This document shows, piece by piece, positions 46,504 through 62,645 of a DNA stretch of 64,000 bases (position 1 is its first letter; the number at the start of each line of letters is the position of its first letter). Position numbers and translations under genes: made by a program. This stretch comes from the human T2T-CHM13v2.0 reference genome, Homo sapiens. The notes beneath the pieces are model-generated. The model saw only the letters and a list, made by a program, of their open reading frames with translations, searched no databases and had not been told where the DNA came from. The DNA is taken from assembly GCF_009914755.1 (NCBI RefSeq), contig NC_060945.1; one strand, given 5' to 3'.

Positions 46504-49500
46504 AGAGTAGACTGAGGGGAGGCAAGAGTAGAAGCAGGTAGAAAATACTAAGGCACCATGTTATTCGTTAGGACTAAGATGGAACGATTAGTGACCTACC
46601 TGCACAAAACCTACAATCTCTATGAAAAACACAACACTCTGCTCATTCTAGAAGTCTGTCACTTTAAAAACTAAAAGTGGCCTCTAGATTTTGAGAAAAT
46701 TCACCTGTGGCCATGCTTAAGGCCATAACATCTTCTCAAAATTTAGCTCTTATTTCAGGAAATAAAGTAATACATTCCTAGAATTTTCATGTAACAGGTA
46801 AAAAAAAAAATCCTGCTTTAAATTTCACTCCAATACTATAGTTGTTTTTTTCCCAAATTTCTCAATTCTTACATATATATTGGTAATATTTATTTCCTTT
46901 TCGCTAGTCTTTGCACTTAAACAAAATTTATTCTGAATTGTTATATTTAAAAATATTTACTGGGCTCACTTTTGCATTAAAAAACAATTATTACTACACA
47001 CAATAAATAATGCCTGTGGACTTTTATATACTATAAAAGACAGAATTAGTTAAAATTGCTACAAAACAAAGTCCTGAATACTTTTAATTATGTAAAACTC
47101 AGATTCTTACAATTAAGAACACTAGGTTCCCACAGAAAATGTAAGGCAATGGAATTTAAACATACGAAGAGAGAGCAAGAGAGGGATTAGCCCCATTGGA
47201 CATTAAGAAAAGAAAAAAAAAGCTCTATTGGACTTTAAGAAAAAATAAAAACAAAGGATCAACTAGGTCTTCCATGGTGGCTGGGGGAAAACCTATTTTT
47301 TTAAGGAAATGTCTGAAAGCGTATGCCTAATGCCAACACTTTTCAGAGATATCAATGAAAAGAATAGAGAAGATTTTTAGTTTCATGATATCAATGTATG
47401 AGAAAATTACAAGAGTAAAAGGGAAAATCATCTTCTCTCTCTTAGAAGAGTTGCACAATGTATAAATGGCTAAAACAATGACCTAGGAAAGAGTTTTCAA
47501 GAGAGGAACTATTGAACTTTTGAAGTTACTTTCTGATTATTATATCTTTATGACCAAAAATGTTGTGTTTAGAGAGCTATACTGTCAAATACATAATCCA
47601 GTACTAAAAGAATGGCTGTATTCCCAGAGTAGCAAAGAATCATAATATCAAAGGAGAGTAAAGATAATTCTCTTCAAGTAATAAAGTGAATTTAGATAAG
47701 CAACCAATTAGAAACAATTTTTTAAATTTATCTTTTTGACTTCAGGTTAACCTCCCTGTATATTTATTTTACCTGAGAAAAAAAATTAACATTCATTGCC
47801 ACATAAAAGCACAACTAAAATACAGTTGGAAACAGTGTGCTTTTGACAAAAGAACTATATCACTGAGTTCTAAAGACAACATTTTTCTCAAGTATGTCAA
47901 ACACATGTAATTATATTTTCATGTTTTCACATTCATAGTCAAATTATTTAGATAACTTATTTCAATAAAATATCTTCTTTTGGTAATATTGTGCTCTGTA
48001 AATGGAGAGGAAAATAACCTATATCTACTCCAATTTTTTTCCCTTACAGAATTATTTTCCACATAATGCCACGTTCTACCTTCTAAGCACCAAATAAAGG
48101 AAAATTGATATGTGGCTTTCAGCTGCCTGTATCAAATATAAATGTAGGCAAATGAAAGAGATATGTTTAAGAAATGTGTAGATCATTTATATGTTATGAA
48201 ACAACTTTGAAATATTTTTGATGTTTTATTTTGCGGCAATAATTGTCACAAAATAGGACCAAATGTGTCTGTTTAAGAAAAAAAAAAAATCAAGGACCAA
48301 TGTAGAAGGGAAACCGTGCTCAGGCATAGAACGACAATATCCAGGAGACTCAGGTTATTGAAGGAGAAAACGTTAAAGAGAAATTTGGGCTTCAGAGACT
48401 GTAAATGCCACATGCTATTAAACTATAAAGATTGCTTTCTGAAACTGTTTATTCCTGAAAGTGAGTGGGGAAATCTTATGGCTAAAAGGAAACAGAATAG
48501 AATGAGTTTCCAGTGTGTCTTGGGATTCAGTGTTTACTTTTCACCTTATTTGCTCAGAGTAGAAGATGAAAATAGGGAGAGAAAATACAAGTTTGGCTCA
48601 GAGATCCAAAACTGAAAAGAGGAGGTGGCAAGTTTAGCTAGAAAGGTCAAAGTCCTGCCGGAAGTTTGCTTTCATGTTCACTGGAGCCGAGTTGGTTCTT
48701 TTTACATGAGAAATCCCTTCAAGCCACAAAATTGTGAGATACTGGAAGGAAAGTGTATTTATTAGTCCATTCTCATGCTGCTATGAAGAAATACCCAAGA
48801 CTGGGTAATTTTTAAAGGAAAGAGAAATCAAATTCATATGTTTCATGATCAAACTCATAATCACAGTGCACCATCAATCACTTAATAATAAAAATGTAGA
48901 TTGTCTTTCCTTAATTGAGTAGAAGGCAATTAGAACTTAGCACAAACCACTATCCCTCCCACCCATTCCCCAAAACACAGAATGGTGAAAAAGCATGAAA
49001 TTATTTCTCCCTGATGAAGACAACTGCCTTCTCCATTCTGAAAATAATTTCAAGTACCTCAACTGAGACACAATCTATTTCTAGTTCTCATGTATATTTG
49101 TGTGAGATGGTACAACCTCTTGAATGTCATGTATTTTGTTCTGCATGTGGTCATTCTTCAAGCTTGACTATTAGATATTTTGCTCTTTTATTTCTCTCCT
49201 GTCCTTGATGAGATCTTTTTTGCCCTAATGATTCTAAAATTCACATCTCTGCCCTACCTTTTTTTGTTGCTGTTCATTTAGATTTATTTTGATTCAAAGT
49301 TCTACTTTATATTGCTTCCCATTTTACAAAAACACTATACGTGAATAAAGAAAATCATTACTTCTGGCTCTAAACCATGACCTATCTCTGGCTTCTCCCA
49401 TACTACAAATGGTAGCACAATTAACCCTTTAACCAATTTCCAAAGATGACGGTAGAAAAAGAAGCTAATTCTTCATTTCCAATTTTCAAGTTTGTAATGA

Positions 49501-49917
49501 TATATCTCACAGCTTCAGTCTAGATCCTCAATCTTAGTGCATCACAAAAGCAGTAACACTTGCTTTCTTGTTTTAAAATGAAATCATCATACATTGACCA
49601 CACTGATCACCATTTCCCCTTTAGGCCCTAGTTGTTATAACTTGAACTAAATGTTAACTGTAAGCTACAATACTCTCACCTACCAGCTTTGTCAGCTCTT
49701 TCCCAACTTTTCTAATTTGTGTTAATTTGGCAAGCTGTTTTCACAATTTGAATTTTACTATTATATAACCTGCCTATAATTTTGTCTTCATTCCTTGAAA
49801 ATGCTATTTTAAGTCTCACATTCTTCGCCATGTATTCTGTGCAAAAAGTTCTACTTGATTCTAGGTCATTGCAGCACTCTGGCATCTCACATTTATTTAA
49901 AGAGAGAAAGCTAGCTA

Positions 49918-50172
<255 letters not shown>

Positions 50173-50659
50173 TCATTTAAGTTATTTAGCTATATTCTTA
50201 AAGAATATTCTTTGTTCTTTAAGAATATTCTTTGACTTTTCTAAATATTTCATACGATAGTTTTATGGGTGAGAGTTTTAAAATAAAATCTATCACAATA
50301 AAATAAATTTATTTTTATTTTAAACTCTGAACAATTTTCCAAATACTTGAGGCAGAAAGTTTTCTCTCTCCACATTGACTCTCCATACAATAAGTACATG
50401 TAATTTATTCTAGTGAAAAGATTCCTACTCAACATTGGAGATCAATATGCCTTTACTGAAACCATTCAAGCATTCAAAAAATATTCATTGTCCAACACCT
50501 GTACCCAACTAGGATCATTAACTCAGACTGGTTAAGGAAAGACAAATAAAACAAGTCATGTATTCCCCTGCCTTCATAGAGTTCATGTTATGAAGGGGCA
50601 GACAGAAAGCAGATAGTAAAAACATAAATAATGTTTATAATTGGCTGAAATGCATAACA

Positions 50660-51045
50660 CCCTGACTCATATGTTAAAACCCTAATCCTCAGTACCTTAG
50701 TGTGTGCTGTATTTGGAGACAAGACCTTAACAGAGGGGATTAAGTTAAAATGAAGCCATTATGGTAGGTCCTAATCCCATCTGACTATTGCCCTTTCCAA
50801 GAAAAGGAAATTGGACATGTGAAGAGGCATTAAGGGTGCCCATGCCCAGAGGGCCAACCATGAGGAGAGACACAACATGGCGGCCATCCACAAGTCAAGG
50901 AGAGAAGCTTCAGGAGAAACCAACCCTGCTGGCACTTTGATCTTGGACTTCCAGCCTGCAGAGCTGTAAGGAAGTAAATATCTGTTGTTTAAGCCATCCA
51001 ATATGTGACATTTTGTTATAGTCGCCCTAGCAAATAAATATAGCA
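50660..51045 (+). mobile_element. MLT1A/B-like LTR within L2 relics (~50470-51450)
   Basis: 'tcatatgttaaaaccctaatcctcag...ggcactttgatcttggacttccagcc...gccctagcaaataaata'. Confidence 0.8.
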
Positions 51046-51842
51046 CCAAACAGTGATACATCCTACAAAAAACAGAAAAGAAGGGATGGATGTGATCTGA
51101 CTTTAGAGGTTGTAGAAGTCTCTTTGAGGAGCTGACATTTGAGTTGAGACATGAATTTTAAAAAGAATTTTTGAGGAAGCTGACATTTGAGCTGCTAAGT
51201 GAATTACGAGATCATTTGGGTGAAGATAAACTATAAAGTGCAAAGTCCCTACGGCGAGACAAGCTTGGCTTGCTCTGACAGCGAAAAGGCCAGGGTGAGT
51301 GGAGTTAGTGAGCATGGGGGAAATTGTGGTCTAAGATGAGGAAAAATCAAAAACAGTCCAGCTGTCACTGGGTCTTGTAGGCAGGGAGAGGAGTTTATGT
51401 TGTCACTCTGAGATGAGTCATTGAAAGATATTAAGCAATCCTTTTAAGTCTGGTTTAAATTTAAGTGAAAAAATTAAAAAAGCACGCAGAGACGGCTTCC
51501 TTTTCTAAATATCCCCCAGGTATGATTTTGCTCTCATCCTGCTCAAAACGGAGTAGCCATCTTTAAAAAACAAACAAACAAACAAAAAAAAACATTTGAA
51601 TTTCTAATATTGTGCACAAAACTTTCAAATAAAAACAGCTTTACTGTGCTTTACTATATTTTATAGAGAGGAAACTCATTTCTAAACCATCTTTTAAGAA
51701 TTAGCAGTATGCCCAGAGATAGAGAAATACTACATCTTTTATTTTGTGCTCTATTTAAATCAAATTAATTTTATATTCCCTAGTCATTATAAAGCCCATA
51801 ATTATTTAGTTAATTGGACTATAGGACAAACATAATGGATAC

Positions 51843-52138
51843 TTTTTTTTCTTTTTTTTTTTTTTTTACAGAGTCTTGCTCTGTCACCTAGGCTGGAGTA
51901 CAGTGGTGTGATCTTGGCTCACTGCAAGCTCCACCTCCTGGGTTCAAGGATTCTCCCACCTCAGCCTCCCGAGTAGCTGGGATTACAGACACCTGCCATC
52001 ATGCCCAGCTAAATTTTGTAGTTTTGTAGAGATGGGGTTTCATCATGTTGGCCAGGCTGGTCTTGAACTCCAGACCTCAAGTGATCCATCTACCTCCCAA
52101 AGTGCTGGGATTACAGTTTTGAGCCACTGCACCTGGCC
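51843..52138 (-). mobile_element. Alu (S/J)
   Basis: Antisense Alu; TSD atggatacttt. Confidence 0.95.
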
Positions 52139-52541
52139 ACCATGGATACTTTCAGTTGATAATTTGTGAGTTTTTGCTTACAGCATTTTGTTGATTAGTC
52201 TTAAAATATCGTGTAGAAAGCATTGATACAAGAATCTATCACAGAGTGTTAGTAATTTAAAAAGTTATTGTTAGTAAAATATAACAAATGAAATATATTT
52301 AGAAGTAAAATACTACACTACTAATATAGAGATTCCTCAGGATGAGAGTTGAGTGTCTGCAGATACTACATTTTAGATATCTCCAAGAAAGAGCTCAGGT
52401 TTTATGATTTTTTTTTCTGTTATGAGTTGAGTGTATTACATAGAGATGCTCAATTTTAACCACAGAGGGCCTCTTTATTTACTTGGCGGATTATTAAATA
52501 TTCTGCTTTTTTCCCACTCTACTCTGTAAGAGTAACATGAT

Positions 52542-52720
52542 TGTTATCAAGCGGAAGAGGCTTGCTGCCCAATGTTCTAGAAGCCAATACTATGACACCA
52601 GGTTCTTAAAAAAAAAAAAGCTTTGTATTGAAAGTCAACTCCCAACGTGAGAGAGTGTTAAGCTCAAATCTATCTCTCTGTCTTGGCTTCAAACAGTATT
52701 TGTATTAGAAAAGTTTCAGA
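52542..52720 (-). mobile_element. ERV1 LTR fragment
   Basis: 'tgttatcaagcggaagaggcttgctgccc...tagaagccaatactatgacaccagg...agctcaaatct'. Confidence 0.55.
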
Positions 52721-53785
<1,065 letters not shown>

Positions 53786-53789
53786 TTAA

Positions 53790-54735
53790 TTATAAATATG
53801 ATGTCACTAGTTTATGTATTTACTATACTACACTTTTTATCATTATTTTATAGTAAACTTCACTTCTATTTATTACAAAAAGAAGTTACATGTAAAATAA
53901 CATCAGACAGGTCCTTCAGAAGATATGCAAGAAACAGGTATTGTTATCTTGAGATGGCAGCTCGAGGTTTGTTACTGTCCTTGAACAGCTTCCAGTGGAC
54001 AAGATGTGGAGGTGGCAGACAGTGACATTGATCATTCTGACCCTGTGTAGGCTAATGTATGTGTATGTATCTTAATTTGTAACCAAAACAAGTGTAAACA
54101 TTTTTTAAAAAATCAAAAAATAGACAAATGCTTGTAGAATAAGGACATAAAGAAGGAAAATCTCTTTGTACAGCTGTACAACATGTTTGTGTTTTTAGCT
54201 AAATGTTAATGCAAAAGCATCAAAAAAGTTAAAAAATATAAAAGTTTATGAAGTAAAAAGCTTTCAGTGGGTAAAGTTAACATATTATTGTAGAAAAAAA
54301 TCTGTATTTTATAAATTTGATGTGGCCTAAGTGTATAGTGTTTATAAGTCTACAGTCGTGTACAGTAATGTCCTACGACTTCATGTTCAATCACCCCTCA
54401 CTCATTGACTCACCTAGAAAAACTTCTGGTCCTGCAAGCTCCATTCTTGGTAAATGCCCTATACAGGTGTACCATTTTTTATCTTCCATATCATTTTTAC
54501 AGTAGCTTTTCTATGTTTAAGGATATTTTGATGCACAAATACTTATCATTGTATTACAATTGCCTTCAGTTGTTGGTACAGTAACATGCTGTACAGCTTT
54601 GTAGCCCAGGAGCAATAGGCTATGCCTTATAGCCTAGGTCTGCAATAGGGTATACAATCTAAGTTTGTGTAAAAACACTCTAGGATATTCACATAGTGAT
54701 GAGATTGCCTGAGGACACATTTCTCAAAACACTCT
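53790..54735. mobile_element. Tigger3-like DNA transposon
   Basis: 'acaggtccttcag...cttccagtggacaagatgtggaggtgg...gtagcccaggagcaataggctat...cacatttctca'. Confidence 0.8.
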
Positions 54736-54784
54736 GTATGTAAATTCTACAAAAACTCATGTGTTACATTTCTATGCAAGTCTC

Positions 54785-55148
<364 letters not shown>

Positions 55149-56674
55149 TCACATTTGTAGCACCTTTATTTTGGCTCTGTTTACATCACACCTTCCCTAA
55201 CAGGGTCAACTTGCTCAGATCTCTAAAACCAAGTACTTATCACCTGAAAACTCCTTTGAGATTCTTTTGTAATATGCATATTCCAAAGTCAATGTCAACA
55301 TATTAAGATGTTACTTATTTTAATCTGTAAACAATCATTAACATATAGTATATTTGTAGACAAATATACTTTGATTTTCTAAGCATTTATCTCTCAAGCA
55401 ACAAAACATCCCAAAAATGATTTGTAATTTTATGTTCAAATTTTTTTCATTGTCAAAGCACGCAGAAACACACATTTTCTGAATTAGTCCACATTTTTTA
55501 TCTTCCAATTATTATCTAGAACTTTTTTCAGTATTGTTCTTATAAAATAGTAACATCTTCTTGCTACAGTCAGAAAATGTAAATGTTTAGGCCAAAATAA
55601 TTGGAGAAAATATAATGACTCAAAACACTATTCAGAGAAAGGGCATGATATGGGAGGGTTTTTGTGGACAGAGAGTGCAAGAACTTTTCGATAGGGGAGA
55701 TCTAAACTTACATTTTCAGAAAAGAAAAGGAAAACAGATAAATATCAAGAACATATTTTAATTAACTGCTGAAAATCCTAATTAAATAACTATGCACTTG
55801 TTAATTTCATAAGATGCATTATACAACCAAAAGATATTTTGCCAGTGATGATAAAATGCCTAATCACCTGGGTAAGTCTTAGATTCCCCAGAGAAGATGC
55901 AGAATGTATCTTTTAGTATCAGGTCAGCGAGTCAAATTTCTCTAGAGGTTAATATCATTAGAAATTTCAGTGCCTGAAACATGTCATATTTGTGTTTTAT
56001 TCACAAAGATGACAGATTGCTCAGGTCTCTACCAAATCTAGTATTTTTCTGTCCTAGTTTCAATAATAGGTTGCTGCTTCAGATCAATATAGCAAGCAAA
56101 TTAAATCATAAAGCTCAAAAAGAGAAAGGAATTCTGTTGCTATCCATCTCATCACAAAATATCCTCACCATTACTTCAAAATTGAATTCATGGCTTCATG
56201 AAATATCACTTACATTCAATCATAAATTGAAATACTGGCATATATATATATACACACACACATACACACATGCATATTTATTAGTTGCTTTTGTGTACAT
56301 TTTCTCTTTAACTCTCACTTCATTCCCATAACATAGGCATGTAATAATAAATTATTAATTTTTAAAGTTTAGGTCTGTGTTACTGATTGTGTTCTATATG
56401 ACAGCCATTATGTAGGTGTTGAAATGCAACAACAAGTTTAAAAAAAAAAAAACAGCAAATATCCTTACACTGAGAGAGACTAGAATGGAACAGGGACTGA
56501 ATAGTAAGTGTTAAATGAAAAATCACACAAATAAATGTAAAATTGCAATTCTGATAAGTGTTAGAAGGCAAATACAAGATTCCTAACAAGAGAATTTGAA
56601 CTACTCACATATTTAAATGGAAAGTGTCCTGTGATTATTGAATTGAGATCTAAAAGATGAAGGAGTGAAAAGGA

Positions 56675-57220
56675 GTGTTCCTTTCTTAGGGCTGCTGTAA
56701 CAAAGAACCACAAGCTGAGTGACTTAAAGAAACAAACATTTATTCTCTCACAGTTCTATAGGATAGAAGTCTTGTGATGGAGCAAGTAGGGGCATTTGAT
56801 ATGGAAAGGGTTGATTTAGGGAGACCAATTAGTGAACCAGAATTGTAAAGGATTGAGATGTAGTTAGACATAAAATGACAGGTTCTGGAAATGGATTAGT
56901 AAAAGGTATGAGGAAAATAGAGTTATCAAGAATGATTCAGTGTTCCTTGGCTTGTGGCAGCCAAGATGTTCCAATCTTGGCCTTCATCATGACATGGCAT
57001 TCTCCCCTTGTATCTCCACATTATCTTTTGTGCATGCATGCCTCTGTGTCCAAATTTTCCCTTATCCTAACAACAGTCATATTGAATTCAGGCCCATCCT
57101 AATGACCTCATTGCAACTTGATTACATCTGTGAAGATCTTATTCTGAAATAAGCTCACATTCACAGATATGGGGGTTAGAATTAAACATATTTTTGAGGG
57201 ACACAATTCATCCCATAACA
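56675..57220 (-). mobile_element. MLT1A-like LTR within L2 relics (~56380-57880), carrying a foreign insert
   Basis: 'ttcttagggctgctgtaacaaag...tttattctctcacagttct' | 'ttccttggcttgtggcagc...gggacacaattcatcccataaca'. Confidence 0.75.
56778..56938 (+). repeat. Direct copy of 57449-57631
   Basis: Shared 'gcatttgatatggaaagggttgattt' and 'gagatgtagttagacataaaatgacaggttctgga'; ~22-bp deletion in the copy. Confidence 0.93.
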
Positions 57221-57974
57221 GAGAGGGTAGTTAGCATTTCAGGTCAAGGGCCCATGGCTGGAGAGAACCTGATGCATTTGGGTAACTGATGTGGCCAGAT
57301 CAAAGAGAAGAATGACATGAAATGGAATTGTACATGAAGGCAAGGAGATGGAGGCCAAGATAAAACCAACAGAAAGCATTTGAAAAGTTTGTAAGGGTAG
57401 ATGGCAACTTTGGCTTCAGTGCTTAGAATGGATCATATGAATATGTGTTGGAGCAAGTAGGTGCATTTGATATGGAAAGGGTTGATTTGGGGAGGCCTGT
57501 TAGGAAACTATTAGAGTCATCCAGGTGAACCAGAAGTGGATACGATCGAGATGTAGTTAGACATAAAATGACAGGTTCTGGAGATGGATTAGCAAAAGGT
57601 ATGAGGAAAACAGGGTTATGAAGAATGATTCCCTTGTTTCCAAGTTGCAAAATTAGGAAGAAGACAGTGTCATTTGGGGAGGTTAAAAATTACCATTTGA
57701 TATATAAGATTAGGGAGATTGTGAATTCAAGTTTAGGTGTCAAGTGTGAGGTTGCGTAGAGTAGACCAAGAGGAGATATTTTGTAGGGAGTTAACTAAAT
57801 ATGTGAAGCGTCCAAAGAAATCAAGGTTAATTTTCATTAAGTTTAATTGTGGGGTCATCGGTGTCATTCAAGGTAGTTGAAATTCTGTCTCCTATAAGCT
57901 TATATTTATAATATGTTATTTAAGATTTGTAAAAATGTAAAAAGAACCAATATGAAGACTTTATTAATTAATTC

Positions 57975-58225
57975 ATTTTCTAATTGAGGTAAAATTCACA
58001 TAATATAAAAGTAACCATTTAAAATTGTACAATGCAATGGCGTAAGTACATTTACAGTGTTGTGTAACCACCACCTCTCTATCTAATTCCAAACTATTTT
58101 CATCTCCCCAAAAGAAATCTCTGTACGCAATAAAGCAATTACTCTCTACCCTCCCTTCCCCCTATCCCCCGGAAATTGCCAATTGGCTTTTTGTTTCTGT
58201 GGATTTACCTATTCTGGGTGTTTTA
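57975..58225 (-). mobile_element. L1M 3' end (antisense)
   Basis: 'taattgaggtaaaattcacataa...ctaattccaaactattttcatctcccc...tggatttacctattctgg'. Confidence 0.8.
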
Positions 58226-59748
58226 TGAAAGGTCACATATTATATATGAATTCATTGTTTATGATCTTTATTATAAACACCAAGTAAAAGTATGACACCT
58301 TGGAAAATGAAATTAACTCACAGCTTTTGTAATCACCAGAGGCTTGTTTTCATGAGAATTTATTAAATCTGATAAAACTCGTGTTCCTTTGCTTATTGCT
58401 AAATACCTACAGTTGACAAGCATTTCCTAGGGTGCAATCAGAAAGTGTAACTGAAATAAACTAGTATGATTAATTTTGCAGTATCCATGTAATGTATTTA
58501 ACACTTAAACAGGACTTACCATAACCCAGTAATATTCTAAGTTCCTTACAAACATTAATTCTCTTGACTTTGATTTCTACCCTATGAGATAGGTCTAGTG
58601 TTTTCTATTTTACAGATAAGGAATTTAAGGCATAAAGATTTACACAGAGATTATGTGGAAAATCCGGTAAGTTTGGCTCCAAATCTATCTTCTTCAGATA
58701 ATCTGCATTATTGCTCTCATTTATTGACTAACTACTGTGTAAAAGGACTATCTATCACCAACCATTGCCATGGGATTTACAGGGCCTCTTAGGGGAGCAG
58801 TATATGTCTTTGGCCCATTGACTTGGCTTAGCCTCATAACATACTTTGGTCAATTTAATGAAAAGATATGATGCATTCCAGTTCTGAGCAGAAGCTTTAA
58901 GAATCTTATGTGTTTCCACCAGTTGTCTATTTTTCTGGCACAAAATGACATGTCCTAGATGAGGAATGATCTTTCAGTCTAAGGCCCATAATGAAAGACA
59001 CTTGGAGAAGAAAAACTCTACAGCCCCGAAAACACTATGTGAAAAATAAATAACCTATTATTTTCATCCACTACCGTTTATGAACTTGTTGTTCTCACTT
59101 AGCTGAAGATGACCATTACTGTTCTTAATCACTGGGCTACATATTTTTTCAAATATCTTGTTCGTTTCTTAAAGGTCAAAGTTATAGCTAAGACACTGAA
59201 TGTTTTAGTGCCACACCATCATGACACCATTTCTTCTTGAAAGCAGACATTGTTTTGTTAATTCCAACTTTCATTTTAAAATGTACACAGTTTTTCAGAG
59301 TCCATTGGACAACTGAGTATCTTCTAATTATTTTAATAAGAATCCCTCGTATAAAATTAAGTCTACTTTCAAAACTTCAGTGTGTCTAAAATTTAATGAT
59401 TTTATATTTATTCTTAGATTGTACAAAGAACTTAAGGGGCTGACTCATTTAATTCTTATGAAATGATTTTAATAACAGAATTCAAATAATAAAGCAAAAT
59501 TTTCCATTTTTTTCTTATTTATGGCATACATAAATATCTACATTTTCTATATAATTAATCCATATTATTTCTTTTTTCTGTTCTTCCTTATTCTTTTCAT
59601 AAATTTTTCTTTAACATTTATTCAACAATGACAATCACTACAGAATACTTTTTAGGACTTAGGACAGGGCCTGTCACATTGTAAGAATGTAATAAAGGTA
59701 TAAAGAATCAATTACTGAATGCTTCATTAAATAAATGAATACATGGTA

Positions 59749-60200
59749 TGAAAGTTGTCAAAATCAAAAGTCATTTCTGTTTAAAAAAAAAAAAAGAAAC
59801 AAGCTAACAAAAAAGACAAATAGAGCCAGGGAAGGCCAAAATAGAAGAGTTCTTACGCATAAATGCCTGATAACAAAAACTACCACAAAAGACTCTGCAA
59901 AGAGAAGCTTGCACAAAGGCCATCGCAAACTTACATCAAAAATATGTCTGCGAAAACACGTGCCCAGCCACTGCCTGTGCACCCTCAGACTGGCATCACC
60001 GTTGTTGTTAAGCCTTATAGCAAAGAATAATTATCTCAAAATGATGGCATAATCATCCTCATTTTTAAAAAGTCTTTTTTACCTCCTTGAATATGCGTAT
60101 CGTTTACTATGATACTCATATTCCCTTTACAATGCCTTAGTTTTGAATAAATATGATTTTGTTTTAGAGAGCCTCTCTCTGTTTGTTATTTAGGTTTACA
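59749..60200 (+). mobile_element. ERV solo LTR (LTR47-like)
   Basis: tgaaagttgtcaaaatcaaaa...gacaaatagagccagggaaggcc...tgcctgataacaaaaac...aataaa...ttatttaggtttaca. Confidence 0.7.
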
Positions 60201-60444
60201 ATACATGTAACATTTATAAAACTGAGTAGGCATGAAGGATGATTTATAGTAAAATAAAAAACACGGTATGTGCTCCTATCTCCTTTTTTAAAACACAGAA
60301 TACTTATTCTCTAGGCAGTTTCTCTCTGTTTTCTTCAGGATTTGTTTGCTTCAATCTCTTATAGTTTTGTTTTTTTCATTCTCTCATTCAAAAAAATGGG
60401 TCAAAATGGTTCACTTCACCCCTCTTCAATTTCTTCACACTTCT

Positions 60445-61383
60445 GTGTTCTAATCTGTTTCTACTCACAACAATTCTGACATCAAATGTGTAGGAGATTT
60501 TCCTATACCAACTAATTCTCCAACTCTCCGCACATCAACTGGGCGCTCTGTTATTCCGTTCAATTCTGACACTAGCCACCTGAAATGAGTGCAGACCCCA
60601 CAGGTTAAAGACTCAGTCCCCCCACTTCAGATGCCAATCCAAAATCCTAAGCCTCTCATACTTCTGGCTGATTGGCTACAAATTGAAGCTTCCCATGACG
60701 TCCTCTTCAGGTTTAATAATTTACAAAAACAGCCAACATGATAAGCAATAGCTATAAAACTTTACTTTCTATTACTAGTTTATAAAGGATAAAAATTATT
60801 ACCAGTTTATTACAAATGATACAAATGAACAACCAGATGAGGAGGTACATAGAATGAGGTCTGAAAAGATCCCTAGCACAGAAGTTTCTGTCTCCATGGA
60901 ATTGGAGTAGGCCACTCTTGTGGCACATGGATTTACGTGCCAACACAGAGGTCTTCTAAACCCCACTCTTTAGAAATTTATATGAAGGTTCCATTGTGTA
61001 GGCATGATTAATTATATTATTGACTGTTGGTGATTAAACTCAATCTTCAGCTCCCTCTTTCCTCCCCGGAGGTCCAGGGGTGGAACTGAAAGTTCCATCC
61101 CTTACATTATAAGCCTCTTTCATGACTAGTCTCTATCCTGCAGGTATCCAGAAGCCCTGCCATCCAAGAGTCATTCATTAGGATACCAAAGCCAATCCTA
61201 TGACTCAGAAAATTCCAAGTGTCTTAGAAGCCTTATATCAGAAACCAAGGACAAAGAACAAATATTACAACAAAAGATGCTTCTCTCATTCCAATCACTC
61301 ATGAAATTATATAGCTTCCCGGAGCTCTATGCTATGAACCTGGTAATGAAGACCAAATATATATTTCTTATCACAGTATCACA
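60445..61383. mobile_element. MER21-like LTR
   Basis: 'ttctgacatcaaatgtgt...ttcaattctgacacta...cagaccccacaggttaaagactcagtccc...gaccaaatatatatttctta'. Confidence 0.78.
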
Positions 61384-61929
61384 GATTTGCACGGGGACCC
61401 ATTTTCATTGTCTCTTAATTAAATAATCAAGTACAACATTTCTTAACATTTTCATTTTCCTGAAAAAAATGTAATCATTATTATTTAAAAATTTCCTCAC
61501 TGATTATGTATGTTTATTAAATACCCACTACAGGCCAAGCAGGGTGCTTGGTTAGTCTCAAAAGTATGTTTCTAAAAAATTATCCAGATTGCTACATTGC
61601 CATTTTCTTGAAGGTTTCTAATTCCCATGATTTCTGTAAATTACACTTGATGATCCACTAATGTATGTTCATCGGGCTTTTATCAAGGTTTGAGCTCCCC
61701 ATCGCCTCTAAAAACTCATCAGAAGGAACAGTTTTAAAAACGAAAATAAATTGCTTATTTCAAATTTAAGAACTGAATAAGAATTCCAAAATCAATGAAC
61801 GCACAAGTCACTAACCAGAAATATAATTACAATCATTTTTTAAATCAAGACCATATAAAATATTTGATTTGGGGAATTAGAAGGATAATGCCTTGAAGGA
61901 ATACCTGAGTTGAAGAACAATGTTTTTTA

Positions 61930-62265
<336 letters not shown>

Positions 62266-62645
62266 TCAATGGCAACTGTAGTTTTCATTAAAACTTTTTT
62301 AATGAATTTTAATGAAATAATATTACTTTATTAAATCTTTTCTACTCATTAATACATTTTCCTAACCATCCATTTTGTGAAAGAACAAAATACATTTCTA
62401 TAATATTAGGTGACTTAAACATTATTTTATGCAGCTATTATAACTCTCTCTGAGTTGCTAACTTATATTACCTTGGCAAATGCATTGTTCTTATAAAGTT
62501 TGAAAAATTAAAGAACAAAACCTTAGAAGAGCTGTAATGGTGGCTTCTCTCTGAGAACTAAAAAAATGATTGCATGCTAGACATGGTCTCTCGATTTGGT
62601 ATGTTTCCTGCATACCTTCTCATGTACTTTCTTGTTAGAAAAATC

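Noticed and set aside
46600-49900. Repeat-poor AT-rich stretch with ORFs at 48316 and 49014 and an ETS-like ccggaagt at ~48658
   Set aside because: No recognisable protein or convincing exon; a single motif does not support a regulatory call without conservation data.
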